Below are positions 33,747 through 44,000 of a stretch of 64,000 nucleotides of DNA, piece after piece. Both the position numbers and the translations under genes were made by a program. The notes below the pieces were generated by a model. It had not been told where the DNA came from and did no database searches. It saw only the letters and a program-made list of their open reading frames with translations. How positions within the stretch are numbered: position 1 is the first letter of the stretch; each line of letters begins with the position of its first letter. The DNA is from a virus (lineage: Duplodnaviria; Caudoviricetes), in IMG/VR virus record IMGVR_UViG_3300021326_000217, positions 8,688 to 72,687 of that record. One strand, 5' to 3'.

Positions 33747-35272
33747 TGGGCGCAGTTATTGAAAGTGCGGTAAATTGGGCGGTCGGTATCGCCAATGATA
33801 ACTCGCATGGTTATGACCAAAACAGCCGTTGGGGTGTTGATTATGACTGTTCCTCTCTCGTTATTTCAGCTTTTGAACAAGCAGGGGTAAAGGTCAAAAC
33901 GGGTGGTGCTACCTACACGGGCAACATGAGAAGTGTGTTCTTGAGATACGGCTTTTCAGATGTTACGGGTAGCATCACACTTTCAAACGGCAGTGGCTTA
34001 AAGCGTGGCGATGTGCTTTTAAACACTACCCACCATACCGCACTTGTTGTGACGGACGGCGGCGGTACAATCGTCAACGCTTCCATAAACGAGAACGGCA
34101 AAACTAAAGGCGGCAAAAAAGGTGACCAGACGGGCAAAGAAATATATACAAGGGGTTACTACAATTATCCGTGGAACTGTGTGCTTCGTTACACAGGCGA
34201 TGATTCGGTGGCTCCTGCTTCGTCATCTTCTGCATCGGGAACGACAACCCAAAAGGAATACTCACTATCCGACAAATACGGTACGGGCGGCAATACTATC
34301 CGTGAGGACTTTGCTCTTAATCGAGACGAGACATATAAACTGCTTGCGGACGGAGTGGATATTTCAAGCTATGTGGGCGGTCTTTCGTGGCAAAACACGA
34401 TTGATGAGCTTGCGACAAAGATGAACTTTGAAGTTGCAAAATCTGATACAAGGTATGTTAACACCTACGCTCCGCAAGTCGGGAGTATTATTAACCTTTT
34501 TACCGATGCCGAGATATTCAGAGGAATCGTAATCGCCGTTGATGATGCGGACAAAACACGGAATAAATATACCGTTACGGATTTTGGTTGGTACTTGAAT
34601 AAGTCAAAGGAAACATATCAGTTTAACAATATGTCGGCATATAAAGCCATAAACAAAGTATGTGCCGATTTCAATATCCCGATTGATACGATTCCCGAAC
34701 TGAAAACGGAAATAAAGCAAATTTATGTGGATAAAGCTGTGTCGGAAATCATTACAAATATTCTCGAACTCTGCGGTGGCGGTTATAACTTTGACATGAC
34801 ACCGCAGGGACTTCGGATTTATAAATACGGTGAGATTTATGCTTATCCCGAATTTCGTATAACACCGAACACGCCTTTGATTTACTCTCCCTCTCTTCGA
34901 GGCGGTGTGTCACATTCGGTGTCGATTGAGGATATGAAAAACAGTGTTAAGGTAATAACCGAAGCAGACAGCGTTTATACCGTCCAGACGGTTCTTAAGG
35001 ATACCGACAGCATATATAAATTTGGTGTACTTCAAGAGGTCGTAAAGATAGATCCTGAAAAAGAAAATGCACAGACGGTGGCACAGGCAAAACTCAATGA
35101 TCTTAACACGCAATCGGAGAGTTTTTCTTTTGAAATGATAGAGTCGGTGGACAGCTACACACGGGCAGGTATGATAATGGATATTGACGATGTACGATAC
35201 CTGATTGAAGGCACAAACCACAGTATAACAAATGGAATACACCATGTGAAAGTTGATTTACGGAGGTGGTAA
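33746..35272 (+). CDS. Baseplate hub (XkdQ-like) with N-terminal NlpC/P60-type peptidoglycan hydrolase
   Basis: N-terminal GYDQ..RWG.DYDCSS...HHTAL; C-terminal hub-like region (YKYGVLQEV-type motif). Confidence 0.8.
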   Translation: MGAVIESAVNWAVGIANDNSHGYDQNSRWGVDYDCSSLVISAFEQAGVKVKTGGATYTGNMRSVFLRYGFSDVTGSITLSNGSGLKRGDVLLNTTHHTALVVTDGGGTIVNASINENGKTKGGKKGDQTGKEIYTRGYYNYPWNCVLRYTGDDSVAPASSSSASGTTTQKEYSLSDKYGTGGNTIREDFALNRDETYKLLADGVDISSYVGGLSWQNTIDELATKMNFEVAKSDTRYVNTYAPQVGSIINLFTDAEIFRGIVIAVDDADKTRNKYTVTDFGWYLNKSKETYQFNNMSAYKAINKVCADFNIPIDTIPELKTEIKQIYVDKAVSEIITNILELCGGGYNFDMTPQGLRIYKYGEIYAYPEFRITPNTPLIYSPSLRGGVSHSVSIEDMKNSVKVITEADSVYTVQTVLKDTDSIYKFGVLQEVVKIDPEKENAQTVAQAKLNDLNTQSESFSFEMIESVDSYTRAGMIMDIDDVRYLIEGTNHSITNGIHHVKVDLRRW

Positions 35273-35273
35273 T

Positions 35274-35540
35274 TTGGACGGTATAACGGAACTTGCAAAA
35301 CTACTGAAAGAAAGAGAAAACGGCACAGGCTACTCTCCCGTTTTCGGAACTATAATCGAACTGCCGAATACGAAAATCCGCATCAGCGACAAAATCATAT
35401 TAAATGACAGCTATATAAAATCGCTTTTTGATTTCAAAAAGCAAAATATGGATAACGAGTACATCTATCTTGGCTCTGAGGTGGTCTTGCTTCCGTACCA
35501 GAACCACCAGAAATTTATACTTATGGGGGTGATACGCTAA
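35274..35540 (+). CDS. XkdR/DUF2577-like baseplate protein
   Basis: Position; TTG start after SD GGAGGTGG. Confidence 0.7.
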   Translation: MDGITELAKLLKERENGTGYSPVFGTIIELPNTKIRISDKIILNDSYIKSLFDFKKQNMDNEYIYLGSEVVLLPYQNHQKFILMGVIR

Positions 35541-35965
35541 TGTTCCCCGAAACAAAAGAAATATCATTTGCTTCTTCCTCGGACAGCTTCGGTACAAAGT
35601 CATATCTCTTTGATTTTAGTACAGGCGATTTTGTCGTCCGTGACGGTAAGCTCGTGGAATGTGACGGTATTGAGGCTGTAAAGGTATGGATTGAAAAAAT
35701 CCTGCGAACGGAAAAAGGCAGATTTCACATATATGACGATACCGAATATGGCGCACGAATTGAGGACTTGGTTGTCGGAAACAGCTATTCGGTAGCGTTT
35801 ATTGAATCGGAGCTTAAGCGGGAAATTGAAGATGCGCTCCTTCAAAATCCGCAGATTAGCTCCGTATCAAATATACAGATTACAAGAGGTATCAACTCAT
35901 TAACCGTTGAATTGGAGGTGAAGCTCGGTGACACAGGAGGAAATTCTATCACGGTTACTGTCTAA
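35540..35965 (+). CDS. XkdS/DUF2634-like baseplate wedge protein
   Basis: FDFSTGDFV..DGK, AVKVWIEKILRTEKGRF.IY, IEDALLQNP.I. Confidence 0.85.
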   Translation: MFPETKEISFASSSDSFGTKSYLFDFSTGDFVVRDGKLVECDGIEAVKVWIEKILRTEKGRFHIYDDTEYGARIEDLVVGNSYSVAFIESELKREIEDALLQNPQISSVSNIQITRGINSLTVELEVKLGDTGGNSITVTV

Positions 35966-36962
35966 AATATCAAATGAGTACGACAAAACGGTCGGCTCAT
36001 TTTTTTATGATGTGGAAAAGCCTGTATCAACAGAGCTTGAAACCATGTACGCTCAGGTTGAGGATATATTAAAAAACGGCTTTGCAAAGACTGCCGAGGG
36101 CGAATATCTCGACAATAAGGTATTGGAGCAAGGCTTAACCCGAAAGGCGGCAACAGCATCAACAGTAACGGTTAAAATCACAGGCACACCGAACAGCAGT
36201 GTGTCAGTCGGTGACAAAGTCGCATCAGAAGAACTTGTATTTACTATTATTGAAAACGCATCTCTTGATTCAAGCGGCATTGCTCATGTTTTGGCAAGTT
36301 GCGACACGCTTGGGAGAATTGGAAATATCCCCATTGGAGCAATAAATAAATTCCCTGTTACGCTCCCTGGGCTTGTAACAGTTACCAATGAAGAAGCGGC
36401 ATCGGGCGGTTATGATGAGGAAACTGACGATGAACTGCGTGAGAGGTACTTTGAAAAGGTATCGCTCCCTGCCACATCGGGAAGTAAACACCACTATGTT
36501 GCATGGGCAAAGGAAGTCAGCGGTGTCGGTGATGCAAAGTGTATACCGCTTTGGAACGGCAACGGAACGGTTAAAGTTATTATTATAAATTCTGATAAAG
36601 GTGTGGCGGACATCGACCTTATAAACGAGGTCGCTTCTCATATTGAGGAAAACCGTCCGATAGGTGCATCGGTTACGGTCGAAAGTGCTACTCCGCTACC
36701 TATAAATATTTCTGTTTCACTCGTACTTGCAGGCGGTGTCACGGAGGAAACGGCTCGAAACAGGATTTCAAACAGCATAACCGAATTCCTGCAGAAAAAA
36801 GCGTTCTCTTCGGCTTACATTTCCTTTGCACAGATTGGCGGCTGTATCTTAAACTGTGAAGGTATTACGGACTATACCAATCTCACCATTAACGGAGGAA
36901 CTGCAAATATAGAAGTCTCCGAAACCGCCGTGCCTGTTTTGGGAGGTGTTACAATTGTTTGA
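35928..36962 (+). CDS. Baseplate J-like protein (XkdT-like)
   Basis: AEGEYLD...RKAAT, DEETDDELRER, YVAWAKEVSGVG, PLWNGNGTVKV. Confidence 0.92.
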   Translation: MTQEEILSRLLSKISNEYDKTVGSFFYDVEKPVSTELETMYAQVEDILKNGFAKTAEGEYLDNKVLEQGLTRKAATASTVTVKITGTPNSSVSVGDKVASEELVFTIIENASLDSSGIAHVLASCDTLGRIGNIPIGAINKFPVTLPGLVTVTNEEAASGGYDEETDDELRERYFEKVSLPATSGSKHHYVAWAKEVSGVGDAKCIPLWNGNGTVKVIIINSDKGVADIDLINEVASHIEENRPIGASVTVESATPLPINISVSLVLAGGVTEETARNRISNSITEFLQKKAFSSAYISFAQIGGCILNCEGITDYTNLTINGGTANIEVSETAVPVLGGVTIV

Positions 36963-37596
36963 TGGTATGCCTTCATATTACAGAAAATCTGCTGTTATGA
37001 AAGAAATTGTTGACAGTATAGAAGCGGAATTCAGTCGGTTACAAAATGAAACCAACTTAACGGAAAATCAGTTTTTTGTTATTCTGTCCGACCGTGATAT
37101 TTCAAAGCATGAACAGGATGTGGGACTTACCCCCGACAGTGAAGCGGACATAGACACACGCAGAGGTCGTGTTTTATCAAAGCTCCGTGGAACGGGTACA
37201 GTTACAAAGGCTATGATGAAGAATGTTGCAAAGTCATTTATAAACGGTGAAATTGAAATCATCGAACACCCGTCCGAATATGCCTTTGCGGTCAAATTCA
37301 CATCAAAAACAGGTATCCCATACAACCTTTCGGATATACAAGCAATGATTGAGGAAATAAAGCCTGCTCACCTTGCGGTCGAGTACATTTTCACTTATCG
37401 GCTGTGGCAGGACATCTTGGACGAGCTTGGAAATTGGGATACGGTTAAAGCACATACTTGGGATTGGCTTCTGACATTTGAAGTCGTAAAATCCCTGTTG
37501 GTAATAGGAAATTATGTATATTACTGTCCCGATGACAGAGGGAATGCCAAAGTCGTATGGGACGGAAACAAAGCGTATGCAAGATTGGAGGCTTAA
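36946..37596 (+). CDS. XkdU/DUF2313-like baseplate protein
   Basis: MPSYY, RRGRVLSKLRG.GT, IEEIKPAHLAVEY; start may be 36955. Confidence 0.85.
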   Translation: MLQLFDGMPSYYRKSAVMKEIVDSIEAEFSRLQNETNLTENQFFVILSDRDISKHEQDVGLTPDSEADIDTRRGRVLSKLRGTGTVTKAMMKNVAKSFINGEIEIIEHPSEYAFAVKFTSKTGIPYNLSDIQAMIEEIKPAHLAVEYIFTYRLWQDILDELGNWDTVKAHTWDWLLTFEVVKSLLVIGNYVYYCPDDRGNAKVVWDGNKAYARLEA

Positions 37597-37598
37597 AC

Positions 37599-39539
37599 AT
37601 GGCGGAAATACATCCTAACGATATCGGTCTTGCCACTTATGCCGATGTCGGCAATGTGGAAAGATTAAGGACAACGGCAAAAACAGTCGTTGAGGCAATC
37701 AACGAAATCTATCAGACAGGCGGAGGCGGCTCATCTGTTGATGGCGACCAAGTATATGTTGACGGAGAAAATAATGTTATTATCGGCAAAGGAAATATTG
37801 TATACGGCAATAATAACCTTGTCATCGGGTCAAATAATACTGTTGTCGGAGACAATATAAATCTCTTTGGAAATAACAAAACAATTTATAAAAATCCGTA
37901 TAACGGCTTTTATGTCAATTGGTTTGATACTGACGGAAAAATATACTATGACTGCTTTGATGAAACTGGACAAACCCAACCTGCTCCGTTTGAGATTGGC
38001 GATAAAGTAGCTCTGTCATTTTCGGTAAGCTGGGCAGACTCTGAATGGACGGATTGGGTGTATATTGAATCGGGATTGCAGTTATGCGAAATAACCGAAA
38101 TAGGCAATGGCTATCTTAAGGTGAGCGGCTTAGATGCAACTTTTGAACCACCTGATGATATTCACACAAATTTAGATTATCCGTATGTAAACACCTTTGT
38201 TGCACTCAATGAAGATTTTTCGTATGAAGGCATAAAGACCGCAATTCTTATGGGGTCAGAAGCAACAGGAAATTACAGTGTATCTATGGGATTTGGACAC
38301 GCAACGGGATATAACAGTTTTGCGGCAAACTCCGCAACGGCTTCAAACAGTGGTACAGCCGCTTTCAGTTACGGAAAAGCCACAGGGATTTATTCTTTTG
38401 CGGCAAACTCAGGACAGGCAAATGCAGAGCGCAGTGCCGCTTTAAATCAGTCGTACAATTATTCACCCTATTCCTTTTCGTGCGGAGATTATACAAGAAT
38501 TTACGGGAGACCTTTAAAATGCGTATCGCTTAACAATTCCGCAAAAACGCTAACCATTGAAAGCGGACAGGACACCACGAATATTGTAGGCAAAAAAATA
38601 GTCATCCGTTGCTATAACACAAACAATGCGATTTTGTTCAGAGAAGCAACAATAAGCAGTATCAGTAATAATGTTTTAACGCTGACTGATGTAAGCTTTT
38701 CTACAAATTCATATAAAGAAACCCTATTCCCCCAACCGTATGCTTTTGTTTTAGACACCTCTTCGTCTTATACATTAGCTGATTTTGTAAGCGGCTATTA
38801 CAGCATTGCAACAGGCAAATACTCTTTTGCTCACGGGATTCATGTTATGTCCGCCGTTCCAGGAGCTACTACATTCGGAAAGTATGGCAATAATGAGGAA
38901 TGGTTTTCATTAGGGCTTGCAAATGGTGAAAATCTTAAATCTCCTGGCATGGCATTCTTGGTACGCTCCAATGGTAATGTATCCGCTGACGGTGAATATA
39001 CATCACCTTGCGCTGACTATGCCGAGTTTTTTGAATGGGCGGATGGTAATCCCGATGCAGAAGACAGAGCAGGATATTTTGTGAAGCTGTCGGGTGACAA
39101 AATCGTGAAGTGCGAGGACTTTGATATACCTCTCGGCATTGTGTCCGCTACTCCTGCCATTGTTGGTGACAGTGGTGAGATGCATTGGCAGGGAAAGTAT
39201 ATAACAGACGATTTCGGTCGTGTACAATATCACGATGTTATCGTTCCTGCGGAATATGATGAGGAAGGAAATGTTCTTGTGGAAGAACACATCGAAAGCC
39301 AGCCGGTACTCAACCCCGAATGGAATGCGGAAATTAAATATGTGCCGAGAAAAGACCGCCCCGAATGGGCAACGGTCGGTGTAATCGGAAAGCTCATTGT
39401 TTATGATAATGGTACTTTGCAATCGGGTGATGTTTGCAGATGCGGCGAGGGTGGTATTGCAATAAGGTCTATTGACAATGGTTATCCCGTCCTGAAAAGA
39501 ATCGCCGATGACAAGGTTTTAATTTGGTTTAAGGGGTGA
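37599..39539 (+). CDS. Tail fibre with YadA-like beta-roll repeats and a C-terminal peptidase-G2-like autocleavage chaperone
   Basis: NNVIIGKGNIVYGNNNLVIG and ATG.YSFAANS repeats; CADYAEFFEW...YVPRKDRPEWATVG.IGKL. Confidence 0.8.
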   Translation: MAEIHPNDIGLATYADVGNVERLRTTAKTVVEAINEIYQTGGGGSSVDGDQVYVDGENNVIIGKGNIVYGNNNLVIGSNNTVVGDNINLFGNNKTIYKNPYNGFYVNWFDTDGKIYYDCFDETGQTQPAPFEIGDKVALSFSVSWADSEWTDWVYIESGLQLCEITEIGNGYLKVSGLDATFEPPDDIHTNLDYPYVNTFVALNEDFSYEGIKTAILMGSEATGNYSVSMGFGHATGYNSFAANSATASNSGTAAFSYGKATGIYSFAANSGQANAERSAALNQSYNYSPYSFSCGDYTRIYGRPLKCVSLNNSAKTLTIESGQDTTNIVGKKIVIRCYNTNNAILFREATISSISNNVLTLTDVSFSTNSYKETLFPQPYAFVLDTSSSYTLADFVSGYYSIATGKYSFAHGIHVMSAVPGATTFGKYGNNEEWFSLGLANGENLKSPGMAFLVRSNGNVSADGEYTSPCADYAEFFEWADGNPDAEDRAGYFVKLSGDKIVKCEDFDIPLGIVSATPAIVGDSGEMHWQGKYITDDFGRVQYHDVIVPAEYDEEGNVLVEEHIESQPVLNPEWNAEIKYVPRKDRPEWATVGVIGKLIVYDNGTLQSGDVCRCGEGGIAIRSIDNGYPVLKRIADDKVLIWFKG

Positions 39540-40169
39540 TTGATTATGCCGAGAGAAACTACAAACTATAACCTTCAAAAACCTTTATACACGGAAAATG
39601 CCGACATTGCTGTAATCAATGCAGACCTTGATAGTATAGATGCGGCTCTGACACCTACAGTTTCAGCCACGAACGCACCCTCAAGCGGCTCATCGGGCGG
39701 CAAGCTGTCTGTTGTTCTCGGTTGGATAGCAAACCGCATCAAGGCTATAACGGGGCTTACCTCGTGGCAATCTAACCCTTCCGTCAACTTGGAGGATTGT
39801 AAAAATCATATCCAAAACGGAACTCACTCAGTTGCATCCGCTTCTGCAAGCGGTTTTATGAGTGCGGCTGATAAAACGAAACTCGACAATGCGACCGACT
39901 CCAATACGGCAAGCCGCCTGATGATGCGTGACAGTAGCGGACGGGCAAAGGTGGCAAGTCCATCCTCAACATACGATATTGCGAATAAAACCTATGTTGA
40001 TACAAACTTTGTAAGGAAAAATGCCGATACTACTATGACGGCAAAGCTAACCGCTTATTCTAACACCTCATATACGACTAAACAGGTCAGAAATATTGTG
40101 TTTTGGACGAGTGGGGCTACCCCTCCGACAACGAGCAACGGTGATATTGTCATTAAGACATTCATTTAA
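39540..40169 (+). CDS. Tail fibre-associated protein
   Basis: TTNYNLQKP...INADLDSID N-terminus and the SGFMSAADKTKLD repeat-type motif. Confidence 0.7.
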   Translation: MIMPRETTNYNLQKPLYTENADIAVINADLDSIDAALTPTVSATNAPSSGSSGGKLSVVLGWIANRIKAITGLTSWQSNPSVNLEDCKNHIQNGTHSVASASASGFMSAADKTKLDNATDSNTASRLMMRDSSGRAKVASPSSTYDIANKTYVDTNFVRKNADTTMTAKLTAYSNTSYTTKQVRNIVFWTSGATPPTTSNGDIVIKTFI

Positions 40170-40181
40170 AGGTGATGCACT

Positions 40182-41039
40182 ATGGCAACAATAAATTTTA
40201 CTTACGATTACCCGTATTGCGGTTACGGTGACACGGGGCGATACAGAAACCACTGGTCTGAAACCCGTACAACCATAAACGGTAATTACACCTATCCAAT
40301 GCTATTTAACTCAACCGTACCAAAAGTATCATATTTAACTATTGCTGTGGAAGTGACAAATACAGGGTCAGGAACAGTTATGGGTATCAGTTGGGACTTT
40401 AAAGTATACAGAAGCAGTGGTGGGTGGACTACCGTTAAATCTTTTACTATGCCGAGCGATGGTATCTATACCCTTGACTGCGAGGTGGCAAATTATAATA
40501 TTACGCAGTTTGCTTTTGTCCCTTCTTCTCGACAGTCTTCAAGCCGAACATGGGATGTTTGGTATAATGTTGAGAAAATGACAATCACGGAAACGATTGA
40601 TGTAAACGAGGTTGAAACAGGCGTATTCCAATACGGTTTTTTTACAAACCGTTCAGGAGTTAAAAAAGATTTAACCGAGGTTTATGCGAATGTCGATGGA
40701 ACTTTGCTACAAGCAACAGATATTCTCGTGAATATTGATGGTGACCTGATTTCGCTCGCACCCGTTTACTCTGCAAACTTGAAAACGGAAGCTGAAACAA
40801 TGGCTTTATATAGCTTTATACCACCTTCGGACGGAACTTACAAAATACAAGTAAAACGGTTAACGGGTGACCATGAAATTCGGCTGTATGACAGCACATT
40901 CACACAACTATATGACGGATATTTTTATGGAAGGAGCTTTTCCTTAACGGAAGGCTCCGTTTATTATATAACCCTTACACACTATCTAAACGCAGAAGAA
41001 AGCGAAAGCTATCTGCAAATATATAAGGAGGGCGTATGA
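40182..41039 (+). CDS. Hypothetical beta-rich tail protein
   Basis: ORF track; position in the tail-tip cluster. Confidence 0.65.
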   Translation: MATINFTYDYPYCGYGDTGRYRNHWSETRTTINGNYTYPMLFNSTVPKVSYLTIAVEVTNTGSGTVMGISWDFKVYRSSGGWTTVKSFTMPSDGIYTLDCEVANYNITQFAFVPSSRQSSSRTWDVWYNVEKMTITETIDVNEVETGVFQYGFFTNRSGVKKDLTEVYANVDGTLLQATDILVNIDGDLISLAPVYSANLKTEAETMALYSFIPPSDGTYKIQVKRLTGDHEIRLYDSTFTQLYDGYFYGRSFSLTEGSVYYITLTHYLNAEESESYLQIYKEGV

Positions 41040-44000
41040 TATTCAAATTCAAAGTCGTTGGCGATACGCTGACAGCAACAGACAAACAAATATCCATATA
41101 CACGGGGAATATCAACACCTATGAATGCGAGTTTGAATTCAGTCGTTCTTGGGATGAAATTCCCTTTAAAATTGCTGTTTTTAATAATGTGCTTGTCGTT
41201 CTTGAAAACGGCAAATGCACCGTACCTGCCGAACTGCTCCACAATCAAGGCAGGATAGATATAGGCGTATTCGGTACAAACGCTGATGAAGCCATGAAAC
41301 GGCTATCCACAAACCTTATAAGCATCAATGTTGTTACGGGTGCGTACCGTGAAGGAACTGCACCGATTGAACCACTCCCCGAATTATGGGAACAAATAAT
41401 AAGGCTTATACACTCAAAAGCAGATGGCGATTCCGTTGACAGTCGCTTTGCTGTGTTAAACGGAATTACCGATGGCTTAATTCAAAGCGTAGCAGAGCTT
41501 ACCGAGGCACAAGCGGACACAGCTTCCCGACAAGCAGTTACCGAAGGCAGGATAACCGAGCTACAAAATAGTGATACAAGGCACGATACAAGCATTACGA
41601 ATTTGTCAAGCCGTATCTCCACGCAAGAAACAAAAATGAATACTGCCAATTCAAATATTACAAGTATCAAAAGCCGAATGACAAATGTTGAAACGCAAGC
41701 AAATCAAACGGCACAAGAGATAACCGAAATAGACGACAGGCTTGCCGATATTGAATCTGATGCGGAAGATACGGATTATACCATGCAGGTGCTTGATACC
41801 CGTATTACCGATGCGGAATCGGACATTGACGAATTAAAGAAAGCTCCAAAGACTGGATATTCCTTTAACAGGCAGTTTTCCGTTGACGGCAGTTTGGTTT
41901 CTGTGGGCAATACAAAATCCGAAATAGTAATTGACCTTCAGGACATAATTGCAAAAGGTACAGACGGTTATCGTGTTGATTTGCCGAGTGATGAGCAGGT
42001 CAGGATAACTTGGCAGGGGCTTCGTGATATTGTTATTCCGACATCAACAGCTACAAGCTACGGGTCTGTATCTAATAAGTACGGAAAAATAATCTCATCC
42101 GTAAGCGGAACGGTTATCAGCTTACCTGCAGGTGTTGATTACACTTCCGATATGGACTTGTCAGATTACGAAACAGTTAATATTTTTCCGCTTATGCGTG
42201 ATGAGTATGTCGATAAGGACGGCTATACTTACGGTTTTGGAAATCGTCTTGTAACCTCCTCTGAATCCGCCGCTATACGGACATCATATTATCGCTGGCT
42301 TGATGCGGACGGAAACACACATACTTACTCGGACTGTGACGGCATCACTCTTGTAAATCTGTACTATAAAGACAGCGGAAATTATAACGACAACAGTATA
42401 TGGAATCAGAGAACTTGGAACACAGGAACGGGCGTAAACGGAAATGAATACTACATTCTAAACGGGCAAACGCAACACAAGCTCGAACAATATACCACTT
42501 CATGGGGAGTATTTCCGCATATAAAGCCTTCAAGCAACGATGAAGAACCGTATTTTTATGTGACGGTCAAAAAGATTGATGGTAGCCTGATACAGCTTAA
42601 AACGGTCAGCTATACCGAGTTTATGCTTGATACCGAACTCAATGTCGCAACGATGGATTCAAGCGGAAGAGCGTATCTGAAGCCCCATCCCGATTTACTG
42701 TTCTCCTTAAACGGAAGCAAGTTTATTTGTATTAACGGTCAAATAGCTTTCAAAAACATTTATGCGCTTGTAAAAATGGAAGGAAGCGAACTGCATAAGT
42801 CGACACAGCCTATTGACAACGTAATCAAAACCTACGCAAACGGAAAACTGTATTTTATTCCTCACAGCGAGGTGTCAACATATGCTTCAAGCGTGAAAGG
42901 CAGTATCTATACGCATAACTATGATATTCTTCCAAAATCGGCTTATGGGCGGCTACAGATTGGTGAGACATATAATGGTCATGAGGGATTGATTAAATAC
43001 AGAGTTATCCCTGCGCCGTCAACGAACATAGGGACAAAATTTGCACCGAACGGTCATATAACGAACACAAGAACCGAGCCGTTTCCAAGCGTTACTGGAA
43101 CGAAGGGAACTCTCCGAACTACCAACGGCACAATAATCGGTTTCCCTGAACTTTTTTCTTACAAGACAGTTTATGACGAATGCACTGAAACAGAGCTTAT
43201 ACAAAGGTTTTCTGAAGAGGTGCTTCTAACAGCCGATATGATTTTGAGCTTTGAAAGAATCGGAACGCAAAACGGTGCAATCGTACAATTCAAAATACCG
43301 ATCACCTCCGCAGAGGAAATTCCTGCGGTCAATAGTGCCGCAACAGCCGCAAACATACTGCAAGCAGGGTTTGAGGTCAAAAGCGAAAATGACATCACGG
43401 CTTATACCTCTTTCGGTTATGACAAATACGCTGTTGCTTTCACATATTCTGTAAATGCTGACTATGCCGTTCTCACCATAGCGCAAAACTATGGCGGCGG
43501 TCTTGCGGCTTTAAAGCAGGGCTTAAAGCTCGCACAATATACATTCCGATATGAGCTTGCGAAACCGAAACGGAAATACAATATTGACAAGTTGTATATC
43601 CACAGTGGTGACATCATAACCTTTATGCCCGAAGGCGGCTATTTGCCGTATAAAAGCCTTGTGCTTGAAACCCCCGATAATACCGAAGCGGCACTCGGAA
43701 TGATAGAGCCTGTAACAACGAACATAAACGATTTGAATTACAGAGTTGAAAATATTGAAGTGTCGAAGGATTATGGCAAAATCGGTAAAGGTGACGGTGT
43801 GACGGACGATACACAGGCTATACAGACGGCTATCAATCAAACGGCTTCTATAAATCCAACCTATGCCCGTGAAGTTGTTATAACCGCAGGTGTCTATAGA
43901 ATTTCCTCGCCGCTTAAAATGAATGTCGAACACATGACCCTGCGTGGCGAAGGCGAGGTTATCCTTTGGGCTACCGAGGACAACTATGAGCCGATTATCC

